Assembly (NCBI GenBank): GCA_018398765.1
Contig: JAHBMJ010000310.1
Location: forward strand, 62,001-126,000
Reading direction: 5' to 3'
Length of the DNA stretch: 64,000 nucleotides
Source: Chromera velia
Taxonomy: Eukaryota
Under the pieces are notes generated by a model that did not search any database, was not told the origin of the DNA, and saw nothing but the letters and a program-made list of their open reading frames with translations. A program made the position numbers and the translations under genes. Below are positions 1 to 12,039 of this stretch, one piece after another. Within the stretch, counting starts at the first letter, position 1. Every line of letters starts with the position of its first letter.

Positions 1-333
1 CGATGCATCAGAAGGAAGACGTCATGTCTAACAGATCGAGACATGGCATCCATCCATCCATCCATCCATGCACTCACTCACTCCACAGACATTCCAATCC
101 GAAGAGAACGAAAATAGATAGAAGACAGAAAAAGAAAAGACAGACACACTCGAAGACCAGAAAAACATCAAGCCAATCGCAAGGCGACCCACAAGACCAC
201 AGGAGGGAAGGAACACCGAAGGAAACAGAAGAGAAAAGGAAAGGAGAATGCAGGAAAAGGGTGGCCACGCAGATACACAGAGAAAAAAAAAGAAAAAGAA
301 CTCAAAAGCTGGAGCTGATTGTCAGAGGCTCAC

Positions 334-2077
334 CGTAAGTCCATTCAAGGATTGGATTCACCCGCACTGCAATCATTTATCCGCGCACGCACACATGCAC
401 CCTCAGCCAGACAGTCAGCCCCTCTCTCTTCGTCTCTATCCATCCGTCCATCCATCCATCCATCCATCCGAGCCGTTTGTGTTTGTTTGCCGCCCTCTGT
501 CTGTCTGTCTGTCTGTCTGTATGGCAGCATCAGCAGGAAGTTGGAGAGACTGAGACGGAGAACGGAAAGAGCCAAAAAGGAAAAGCGGTGCATCCAGTCT
601 TCCTTCCTTTCTTCCAAGAGGATGACTGACTGAACGGAGGCATCCAATCAGAAGAAGGCTCAAATGTTCCCTGATTGGCGCTGTTGGGATCCCCATCGCG
701 TGTCCCTGCATGGATCAATGGATGGATGGATGGATGGATGTACACATGCGATTATTTGATCCATCGATGCATTTTGTTTTTTTAACATGCATACTTTTCT
801 TTCCATGCATCCGGGCCCACAGGACACATGAATGAACACACATCATGCAAAGAACAGCAGAGAGGTGCTTTGACGAAACCAACAGATGATTCTTGGGGGG
901 GGGTCAGCAGGGCTTTTGGTCCTCGCTGTTCCTGTTTGTTTTTTTCCCTGAACACGAAAGGCATGAAGAGATGAACAGGCAAAAAGGTGTACGTCTTCAA
1001 AAATACAACGAAAAGCGGTAAAAAAACAATCAGCAGCTGCAGAGCACCGCTAGGTCATAATCCACCACTGTCAGGCTCCTAGAACTACGTTTCGGTTTTT
1101 CTTCTTCTTCTTTGCTCGTTTGCGTTCTTGTGTCCCTCCCCCCCTCCCTCCCTCCCTCCCTCCCTTCCTTCCTTCCTTCCTTCCTTCGAGACAGTCCCTT
1201 CTTCCAGCTTCCCTCCTCCGTCTGACCTAGAATAAAGGCCAGAGCAGAAGGAGTCTCCCCGACGATGTGACGGAGACCCTCGACGTACCCTCCGTCCCAA
1301 AGTCTGCAGGGAGACACACGGGCAGGGAGGCAGCAGGAAGACAAGACAGATAGAGGACTCTCCATTGTTTCAGAGCAAAAGGGCTAAGTGTGCCGAGCCA
1401 AGAATGTCAGAAAATTCGGGTCCTCGAGGACCAACAACAACTAACTGTGCTTCCACTCATTGGACTGCTTTTGTTTCTTTTTTTGGATAAAGCTGCGTAC
1501 ACCCCGAGCAGCTGGATATTCATAGAATCAACATCCCTGGATATGAAATAGAATCAAACCCCATTCCATGCCCCCAGAACCAAATTTCTGTGCAGGTGCT
1601 CTGCTGTCTCCTTTTTTTGCATTCCGCTCGCTCCTTTTTTTTTTTCGTTCTTCTTTCTCTCTGCGCCGTGCTCCTTCCCCTCGCCAGGCCTCACCGATGA
1701 CCCAACTTACTTTAATTCCAGGTCGAACTGATCCTTTGTGTCCTTCACGAACTGCTCAATCTCCTCAAACTCCTCCGGGCCGTTGTGGAAGAACACGAGC
1801 TTGGGCTTCAAGGGAAGCAGACTCGAGGGAATACTGTCGGGTCCCTCCCCCCTCGAGAGCAGTCGTTCGACCTCAGGGTCCCTCAGGGAACCCAGAGCAG
1901 CCCTCAAGAGATGCAGAACCACCACCGCGTCTTTGCCCCCATTGAAGGAGCAGTACACGCACCCTGGACGGTAAACTCTGCAGTCAAGTGAAAGAGGAGA
2001 GGGATAAAGCTGTGCTGCATGAGCATCAAGGGACGAGAGATAGATAGGCAGAGGGAGAGAACGGAGAGAAAAAGAGA

Positions 2078-2152
<75 letters not shown>

Positions 2153-2530
2153 ACGGAGAGAGAACGGAGAGAGAAAGGAGAGAGAGAGGGGGGGGGAGGG
2201 AGAGGGAGAAGGGGAGGGGGTGGAAGAGAGAGAGAGACAGAGAAAGGAGGGGGAGAGAGAGGGGGCGGACGATGCGTTCTGCACGTATGCGATCCGTCTA
2301 CATGCGGTCTCCCCATGCATCTTGCGCCCGTTCTTCTGCCCCTCGACTGACCTGAGTGTGTTTCTGCACACGTCGACTGCCTTCCTCAATTTCGCCTGGA
2401 AAGTCCCAGAAATGGACTCTTGCTGAATCCTCGTGGCAAGGGAGACAGCGTCAAGAAAGGCCGAGGAGGACCATTTCCCTCCTACTTCCGTTTTCGCCGT
2501 CTCCTGATCGACAGCGGTTGTCGCGGACAT
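334..2530 (-). CDS. FAD1: FAD synthetase (FMN adenylyltransferase, PAPS-reductase family); 3' end lies beyond the window start
   Basis: GT-AG exons 2530-2352, 1977-1711, 1303-1227, 705-631 and 366-334 join in frame. Motifs SFNGGKD (PP-loop), FILGTRDGDP and FEPSSDWMPPFMRVNPILEW are typical of Fad1/FLAD1. Confidence 0.92.
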
Positions 2531-3840
2531 CCTTTTGCTTGTCCTCACGTGTGGTGGTGAAAGAAACGCCGAGGTGCGTCTCGAATCTACGCGCTGCCTA
2601 CACTCACCGAGCTGAAACCGGAAAACGAAAAAAAGAAAAAGACAGGGGCGAAAGTGTGAACGAACTCGCATCACAAGATAAAAGAGCCAACGATTCGTCT
2701 CTTAGGCGTCCGTCTCCAAGGTGAAAGTCCTCGGGAAGAACGAACAACTTCTCACGAACGGGACGAGTTCTCCACGGGAAAACGACAGGCGGCGCCGAAC
2801 ACAGGCAACTACAAACCAAAGACCACCGAAGGGGTATCTATGTACATTCGCATCGCTCATCCAAAGCTATATAGCTAGCTATAGTACAAGGAAGAATCGT
2901 CGCCATGCATCATTTGCCGTCTCTGTACGCACATGTGCGCCCCGCACATATGCGCAATGCAACCTATATACTGCACAATGCGGCTATGCACGTCGCAAAT
3001 TAAATTCGCGTGCGCATGTCGCGCGAGCGGCCCTCCTCGATCTGTATTCGTTTTTTTCTTTAGTGTCTCTCTAGTCCTTTGTTGGGCCAGTATGCATCTT
3101 GCCTAGGCATAGGTCCTGTCGGCCTATTATGGCCAGTCTGTTGCAAGCGCAAGCCCCTCGGACTAGGCCGCCGCGCCTAGCTTATACTGCTCCACGGTGG
3201 ACAAAAATTAATACCTTTCATTCTCCGTGTGTTCGCGTGGTTAACTCTGCCTATCTATGGATGAGCGTTATAGTCTTCCTTTTCCTTTCCCCAACTTCTT
3301 CTTCAATGAGTTCCTCAGCCCGTTAAAAAAATTTGTTTCTCCTCAACATTTCTTTATTAAACCTTTTCTTTACATCCATAAATTCTTTTGCACGCTTAGC
3401 GGCTTTTAGCTCCTTTGTCATGTTTCTTCAATCTGATGTTGTCAGGCTCTTCGTATTCGTTTTTTTGGGTGCATTTTTATTTTCACATGCATGCATGCAT
3501 GCATGCATGCTAAATTTGTGTTCGATCGTTGAATTTGCATGCATGATCGATTCAATCATGCAATTCGAAGAAAGTGGCTCTTGAGCGTCGGTAGAGAGAG
3601 GGTATATACGGCACCGAAGTGCATCTTCAAGTGGCTCGCAAGGGGAATTCTGGATAAGGCGGAACCGTTACAACTGTTTAGAGCGAAAAAATCTGGTCTC
3701 AGTCAGCCCTTAGTACAGCATCTCGAAGCAAGGTGCTATCCTGTGAAGAATCCTGCAGATCTTTCCTACTCGGTTAGCGGAGGAAAGGGCAAGGCTTGCT
3801 CTAGCCTTTCAGCTGAAGAAGAGCAAAGAACGAGGAGAGG

Positions 3841-5463
3841 ATGCCCGACTACGGTGACTATGATGAAGGCAAAAGCAGGAGGCGCCGTCGCCGTCGATCA
3901 AAGAGCGGATACCCGAAACAGCGCACACCCGTCGGCCCAGGGTTGATAGTCAGCTACTGCGCTCTGTTTGGAGGAATCATGACTTTGATTGTCGGAATGG
4001 TGCACCTGTTCGTCAACGTTGAGGCTGAGCTTGAATGGCCAACCGCCGGGAAGAGTTTCGTCTCGGATCACAACAGGGCCACCTACAGACTTTCAGCTTT
4101 CACCCTCGCTCCAGATTTCTTCGGTCGGTTGGCGAGGCTGTGCAGCTTCTTAATGAAGGAGAGAGGGAGGGGGACGGAGTCAGAGAGGTGTTTCTAGGGC
4201 AGGTTGGGGAGATGGGAGGAGGTAAAAACTAATGCAAAATTACAGACGAGATGCGCAGATGAAAACGAGAGGCGGGTTCACAGGAGCCACAGGAGGTGAT
4301 ACAACTGGAGGTGCGCACAAAGGAGGACGCAGAAGAAGAACGAGAGGGGGAAGGCAGAGAGAGGAAGGTGAAGAAATCATGCATGAAAGAACAAGGGGCG
4401 TCGTAGAAGCAAGAAACGATGAAAGAAAGGACATGCAGCGAGGTTGAGGTTTAAGTCAAAAATCAGAGAGAAGAGAACTACAGAGAAAGGCAGGCCGTTA
4501 CACACAGGACTGATCTAGATCTGAAAGCAGACCAGGGTATGTGTTCCACCTTAGCCATACCCAGTGTGCCCTTCAAGTGGAAAATTGTGTCCATTACCTG
4601 CACATACATTCATTGTTCCTTCTCATATATATAAAATTTTTTCTGTTCGGACGGAACCGAAAATGAAGACGCATCGCTTATTTCTTCTTGTATGATGTCA
4701 ACCCTCTGACAACTCCCCTTCTCGTTTCCTGCCTGACTCCATGTGTGTTTGTTTGCAGCCGACCACTGGACGGCGCTTGCTCTAGGGGCCATATCCCTTT
4801 ACCTCCATGCGCCCAAACAGACTCTCCGCATCGTCACCTGCACATATCTGCGTTTTGGGGTCAGTCCGTGAGGTAGTCAGCCAGTCAATCAGTCGGAGAA
4901 TCAAGCAGTCAGTCAGTCAGTCAGCTATAGTGCTTCGCTTTGACAAATCCTCTCCAATCGTCCCGCTCGAAAGAATCCCATCCTGGTTTTCCATCGGATT
5001 TTTTACCTTCCTGTTCTTTTGCGCAGAGGGCAACTTGATGGGAGAACAAGCAGCAGAGGGGAAGGTTGAGTAGAGAGTCTGCTGGGGGGCGTGAATTGAT
5101 TTCTCGGTGCTTTGTGTGGGGCTATAGTCGTGAAGCTCTGGAATCTGTTTGTGATTCTATCTGACAGTGATGAAATCCAGCTTGGTGAAAACACAAAAGA
5201 AGTCACTTGACTTCTCCTTGCGTTGCGTGCAGATTTGGAATCTGTTTGTGGCCCTGTACGGTGACTTTGGGTACGCAGGCGGATTTGGCATTCTGGTGGG
5301 GTCCCTGAAGATCATCATCTGCGTTGCCTGTCTGGTCACAGGGGCACTGCAGAAGAAGCCAATGGACGCAGGACTGTGTCTTCAACTGTTCAAGTCTCCC
5401 TCTCAAAGGGAGAGGGAGGAACGGAGAAGAAAAAGCAGAGATGATGCGTATGAGAAGGTGTGA
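3841..5463 (+). CDS. Multi-pass (about 4 TM) membrane protein of unknown function, ~204 aa
   Basis: Exons 3841-4123, 4759-4859 and 5233-5463 splice in frame with GT-AG ends (615 nt). Four hydrophobic segments and a GDFGYAGGFG motif; charged N- and C-termini. Confidence 0.8.
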
Positions 5464-6293
5464 AGAAGGAAATAACAAAGTGACGTTGACTGATAGATCG
5501 TCTTCTTTTCTTGCTTGAATCAAAATCGTTGTCTTCTTTCTCCCCTCACTGATCCACCTAATCAACACCAGCCGATCGATCGATCGATCGATGGCTCGAC
5601 CGTCGGAAGGACAGCGCAGGGCGGACGGGACAGCAGCTCTGCATCTGGTTCCTTTCTTTCTTCCTTCCTCTCTCGTTTTGCTTTGGAATGGTCCATCTGC
5701 ACGACACACAACATTTTGTCGTTTCGTTCCTCTCTGCCTGAATAGTCTCGGGCAGTCTGCGTCCTTCTCTCTCTCTCTCGCTCGCAACATTGAGTGCGCT
5801 TTCTGACCTGGCTGACAGGACGACGGCCTTCTCTTCTGGGAAATGAATGACAACAAAATGATGATCACCCACACGAAGAACGCGTGCATGCATGTGCCGA
5901 GCGGCTCTGAGGCTCCCAGACAGACATAACAGTACGTCGCATGCCAGCAGACAAACAGTTCAAGTCATCTGCCTATATAGTCATCTGCAGATCAGATGAG
6001 AATCCGGGTGGATCTGTTTGGGGTCGGCTGACAGGATCTAGAATTAACAGGACTGACAGGTTGCTTCGGATAACATAAGCAGCCTGAGATGTTGCATACA
6101 CTCCATATTTCGTTTCATCTGCACATTAATTAACACTGCTATATAACCAAGATTTGGTGGGCAAGCTGGGGCTGACGGCTTGCCTATACAGTCTTAATGC
6201 TATACTGGGCTAGATACTGGGCCCGGGTCTGGTATGTATTGGGCACTATTAAGTTCTAAGCTATTAAAGCTAAGTTGTAATTTAATTGTTTAT

Positions 6294-6545
6294 CTAGGGG
6301 TATCACAGCAAAAAAAAAAATAATTTAAGCCAATTATTGCTTCTTTTTTTTTTGTCAACGATGTCAGCATTGTTACTATTTTTGTTAGGTGATAAACAAC
6401 TGTTCTGGAAGTCTTATGTATACCTGTTATTTTGGTGTTACAGAACTGTTACTCAAGTTTTCCATAAAAAAAAAAAAAAAATAATTAAAGCTAATTCTTG
6501 TATGTTAACTTCTTTTTTAAGTTGCTGCCAGTGTGATACGTTTAA
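6294..6545. mobile_element. Degenerate ~250-bp MITE, probably of the CTAGGGG-terminus / 8-bp-TSD (hAT-like) type
   Basis: Left end CTAGGGGTATCAC; right end GTGATACGTTTAA (degenerate inverse). Flanks TTGTTTAT (6286-6293) and TTGTTCAT (6546-6553). AT-rich body with internal A-tract repeats. Confidence 0.45.
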
Positions 6546-7312
6546 TTGTTCATGACCGTTTTACTTTTATAAACTTATTATTAAATTTGTAGGGGAACAC
6601 TCTACTAGGGGACACTTAATCTAGGTCTTGATCGAGCTAAAAACCATGCTGCATGCATGGTATATTACAGATGTTTCATGTCCCAAAGCCGTCAAAGTTG
6701 GCAAAAGGCGACTTTAAAGGTTAGTGCCTGCGGCCTGTGCAGCAAGCTGTGCAGTGAGTGCCAGTGCACTACTGCAGCAGTGCGCAGCAGCACTAGTGAG
6801 TATTCCACCCCTCTTCCCTTAGTAGAAATCCTCTGATGCCTAGTCTGATGCAGTCGCATAGTAGCACCTTTTGAGCAATCAGGTGTTGAGTCTGCTGGGT
6901 AGCGCGCTTACTTAGTCCAATGAAACAACGGATTGATGTTTGCAAGCAGCAAGCATCGCATCCATGCAGCCAGATCGATGCACCAGATGCAAGCATGTGT
7001 CACGAACAAAGCCTCAATAATCAAGTTCCCTTTTTCACCTGCGTCCCCATCCCTTTCAGTTTGAAACAAAACAAAAACAGGATGCTGCAGAGGTTACAAA
7101 ACCCCCATTGGATCTTGCGGCAGGAACAAAACGCCGCAATTTATGCGCCCGCTGTGGCCAAACATCGTCGACACCTTCCATGCTGCCCGTATTCCTCTCA
7201 AGCCCTCCCTCCCCCCGTCAGGATGGCTGCGAATCTCCCCTCTGCTCTGCTCTCTGGAAACTTCCATTCCTCCCCTAGATTCTCCACTCTCCCCCCTCTC
7301 TTTTTAATTGCA

Positions 7313-10300
7313 TCACTCAGATCTGAGAGGACTCTCCAGTTCTGGTGTTGGGATTGAGGGGACCTGTTGTCCCGGCTGGCCGGCCTGTCTCTGCCTGTAC
7401 GCGTCTTGCAAGGCCGCGTCCCCCTGCGACCCCGGCGCCATCATCATCGCCCTTGCCACCATCCAATTCTTCACCCCCTCAGGAGCCTCACGCACAGGCA
7501 CCTGCACTGAGGTCCAGGACTTACCTAGGGCCTCATTGCCTTGAGACTGATTCAAAGGGGCCGGCTGAGGTTGGGGGGTGCCTGCAGGGACTGCGTAGCT
7601 CTGCCGTGGCTGTGCTGCAACACTCGGGAGGGGCTGTTGGATTTGGACCTGCATGCCGTGGGCATGGGGGGGGGCTGTGACCATGGGGGGACGGGGATGG
7701 GGGGCGTGCATGAAGACTGTGTGTCGCTGTGGAGGATGCTGTCCGGGTGCCAGGGCAACCCCGGGGGGTGGGGGGGGGTGGCCGATCATGACCATCTGGG
7801 GATGTCCGGGGGGGGCGTAGGGATAGGCAGGGTGTCCAGGTGCATGTGCAAGCATGGGCTGTGGCTGTCCTCCTTCGTCGTCTGAATCTCCTAGGCCGAT
7901 ACCGTCCTTCACGTTCTGCCAGAGAGCGACAGCCCGACCTCCGATGTTCAACCCGTCGTCGTCTTCCTCTTCCCCCCCTGGGTGCATTGGGGGCATTCCG
8001 GGGTAGTGCACGATTTGCGGTCCCGGTCTGACGTGCGCGTGAGGAGGGGGGACGGGGGGGTGACCGGGGGGGAATGCAGGGGAGACGGCCCCGGCAGGCA
8101 CAACCATGGGGGGAGGCAGAGCAGGTGTGGCCGGCATCTGCTCTCTTGGGGGTCCTGTTGTGCTCTTTTCGGACTTGGTCGACTTTCCGAGTTCTGACTT
8201 TGTCAGCTTCCTTCTGTCGATGGACGGGAGGAGAAAACGCATCAGATAGGTTGTGCCTGCAGAGGAGAGGAAAAAAAAAAAGTCGACATGATAAGGAAAG
8301 ACCACAAGGAAAGGAGCAGGCGTCTGGAAAGACAGTGTTTCGCGAGAGATTTGAGTGGAGAGAAAAGAAGAAGAAGAAGAAGAAGAGGAACCTGAAGGTC
8401 ACCTCTCAAAGATCGCAAAAGACTAGGGTCAGTTGCAACTAGTAATTAAAAAAACCGGCACAATTCAAGAGAAAGAATATGTTGTAGTACGCTCACCTTG
8501 GATCTCCTGGTCCGCTACGCTCTCATAGAACTGCACACAGAGACCCAGAGGAAGGCGGAATGAAGGGACCGCCGAGAGACACAGGAGGGAGGGAACATCC
8601 AAGAGAGGGCCCGGCAAGGAGGGATGCTCTAGAGATCGATTGAGGTACCACCGAATGGGAGAAGAAGAAAGAAGGGGGATGGAAAGGAAAGAAGAGCCGC
8701 AAGTAAAAGAAGATCTTGGTCACTTCGCTTATGAGAGATTTTTGTGAAAAGCACGGAAAGGCAGAGAGAGATGACTGTTGGAAGAAACAAAAAAAAGGAC
8801 CAACCAAGTAATCAAGACACGAATGCATGAAGGGAAGAAACCCCATGGGCGATCCCGTCAAGTCAAAGTAGGAACCGGGAGAACGAAGAAAAGGGATTTG
8901 AAAAGGGGATTCCAATAAGCTCTGCTGGGGAACCGCTGTATTTTGCTTCCTTGAAATTGCGCTTAGGGAAAATAGGTCCCGATTTTTCAGGACACCAGAT
9001 TCTAGTAAAATAATTCAACCGAAAGGGACCCGAAAGAATGGTATGTGGGGCTTTCAATGTACATGAAGGCTCTGAGGAGAGACACAAGATGACAGACAGC
9101 TCCAATGAGGAACCGTGCAGCGGGGCAGTCAGTCAAAAGACACAAGCAACGAACTTGCCCGTGCACATGCTGACTCACTCACTCACTGACTCACCTGCAG
9201 AATATCGTACGCCTTTTCCCGATGGGCTTCTAGAATTGCAGACGCCTGGTCCCAGAGTTCCTGCTGGGGCCTCGGATGTCTTCTCTGCAGCTCTGCAACG
9301 ACCAACTCAATGTCCTCGAGCATAGACGCAAGATCACGATGGTCGAGATAACCTGAATGGAAGAAGGGAAGAATGAATTGATGAATGAATCAAAGGAAGA
9401 ATGAGTAAAAGAGACGAAAAAAAAAACAGAGGACCAACGAGGCAAGGGGGGCAGAAAATGAAGAGCCGTGGTTCTACAGGTGGATAATGCTTGTGGTCAC
9501 ACGCCCACAGACAGACGGAGGCAGAGAGACTAATGCAGGGCCAGAAAAAAAGGCACGCCACAAACCATGGGCAGACCGGCAAGAGGATAGGTGCACGAAA
9601 TAAAAAGGGAGGGGGGAGCACGAAAGAAAGAACCAAAGGTAGCAAGAAAGGAAGGACGACAGACTATATGTTTCTTCTTCTCCCTCCTTTTCTTCATGAA
9701 CACAACAGACAAAAAGAAAGAAAGAACAAAGGACGACAGACAGGAAAGACAGACAGCCAGGCAGACAGAAAACAAGCAAGGAAGAAAGAACGAAAGAAAT
9801 AGAGGAAGGAAGAGGGAAAGAAGGAGATAAGGACGCGTAAGAGACAGGAAAACTAGCAAACAAAAACTCCGTATCCAATCCAACAGATAGATTGATTACC
9901 TTTCGGTCCTGAGTCGTAAACTTTGAAGATCAGAGAGATGCGCAGGCAGCCGCACGCCGTCATCGGATTATTCGGAGTGTTTTTATGTGTCAGAGCCGAC
10001 ATGATCACAAACCGGTCTGCTTGCACACACATGCATATGCTTTTATTTTCACACAGAAAAGGAATTGTGTATGAAAATAAACGCATGCGCCGACATGATC
10101 ACAAACCGGTCTGCACACGCACACACATGCAAATGCATATGCAGATGCACACATGGAACCGAGGGGGGACGTTAGGGAACGAAACAGAGGAGAAGGACAG
10201 GAGGAGGATAGAGAGGAAGGAACAAGAGAAGGAATCGTCCTCGTCTTGTTGGGTAGATGCGAGCGAGAGGAAAAGGACAAAATAATGAAAAGAGCCAGAC

Positions 10301-11129
10301 GCAGACAAAAAGCCGCAAAAATACAAGGCACGAGACAAAGAGAAAAAAACAGTCACGCTGATGCATCCTCGCCGGGTCTCCCTCCTCTTCGAAACTGTTC
10401 TTTTCGACTCCCGTTAGCAACCTTCTTTCTGGGTGAAGCTGCGCAGCTTCGCTTGCTCGCTGTTTCCAGTCACTACCTCTCAGAAGCTAAGCAGACTGCT
10501 AGACTGACTGACTGAAGTCGATCGTCGCGTTTGTACATGACACGACTTCAAAAAAGCGCTGCAGTCGTCTCTCATCCTGAAAATACCGTTGTTTCATTGC
10601 GGGGGACGGCGTGTAAACCTCTGCATCAACACAGACAAAGCCACAAAACCACACAGGAGTGAGAGTCAAAGGCCTGCCGCACCAAGGCAGAGAGCATCAA
10701 GAGGGGCATCACAGACAGTACTTAGGTAGACATAGAAGTGAATGGGGTTTCGTCTCAGACGAGCAGAGAAACGGCAGCCTTCAGTGCATGGCATCATAAA
10801 CCCATCACTATTATCCATTAGAATGCGCAACATCAACTCGTAGAGTCACGCGACTGACCAAGGAACTTTCTGAATTTCTGGATGTCCATTTCTTGGTCAT
10901 GGTGGGGGATGAACTTGGAGTAGACGGGCGCGAGGGAGTCCTTAATGACCGAAGAGGTTACTTTAGTCTCTCTGGCTAGCTGGCTGATCTGTTCTTCGCT
11001 CAACAGGACACATACGCGGTTATTGGTGAGGACAAAACGCTCCTTGCATTGCTCCTTGTTCCATTCATGCAAGTCTGGGAGCTCATATCCATACTCGATG
11101 CCCCCTTCCTGGCTCGCCTGATTCCCCAT
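7313..11129 (-). CDS. N-myristoylated EF-hand protein with a long Pro/His/Gly-rich C-terminal tail
   Basis: Exons 11129-10859, 10620-10513, 10016-9900, 9352-9195, 8530-8497 and 8256-7313 join in frame. Starts MGNQAS (MGxxxS). Contains an EF-hand-like LIFKVYDSGPKGYLDHRDLASML and FYESVADQEIQGTTYLMRF. Confidence 0.8.
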
Positions 11130-11567
11130 TTTCTTCCCTCTAAGTTCTTTCCCTTCCGCAAGCGCAGGACACTCTCTTCGCACAACACAGTTAAAGAGAG
11201 TGGAACATAAGAATGCCGTTCCCACTCACGAGAGATGGACAAGAAAACACGAGACAGCAAAGCTTTGTAGAAGTGCTGCTTCGATTCGGCTCGCTCAATC
11301 AGGCAAACTGTAACAGGACCTCGGTCCGGCTTCCCGAAGATGCAATGATGATCGAATACGACTCTGCTACCTCTTGAAGTGTGACGAGTACACCGAAAAC
11401 GAATTCCTACAGATGTTGTTGAGAGTCTCAGACGTTCTCAGATGTTCTCAGACTGTCTGACCTGGAATCCTTCTGATCGGATTGCACGTACATATGGGTG
11501 ATTTTTGCGGATCGACTGCATATGCATGGCCTGAAGTGCGGCGGCGCGAATTCTTATATAGTGGAAG

Positions 11568-11621
11568 CGCCAGCGGCCGCGGCGCCGCGCGGCCCGGAGA
11601 GGCAGGCCGGGGGCGGCGCCG
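11568..11621. promoter_or_regulatory. GC-rich box inside the divergent promoter of the EF-hand gene and UTP4
   Basis: ~54 bp, nearly all G/C, preceded by TTATATA (~11554) and TGCATATGCA. Lies between two head-to-head start codons (11129 and 12040). Confidence 0.35.
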
Positions 11622-12039
11622 CACTCAGCTCTTCATGCAGCTGTATAGCTCGACGCTAAGCTCGTTGGACCATCCATGACCATCCCTCTGATCGGGAACT
11701 TGGGATAGTGTGGCTAGTGTGGATAGAAAGCCTGCATGGTGGTACGATGTTGTACGCTCTACTGCTGCCGCAGAGGAGTGAGCCAAGTACAGGAGCACTA
11801 TTGCACGCCCGTCGATACACCGTTTGCACAATTGTAAACCTCGACGAAGACATCCCACTACTTGACGTCTCCGTCAGCAGATCCTGCTCGTGCGTGGCTC
11901 TGAAATTTAAAGACGCCCGTCAGTCTGGTCCTCTGCCGTCTCTCCTCAAGGGAATCGCGTAAGCGTGCTCTCTGGTGTCCGTTTCCATTTTTGTGCTCGC
12001 TGCCTTCTGTGTTTTTTTTGTCTTTAACGCGACAACCTG

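Noticed and set aside
3200..3470. Lys/Glu-rich coding-like fragment on the minus strand (MTKELKAAKRAKEF...)
   Set aside because: Short, frameshifted and without recognisable motifs; at most a decayed relic.
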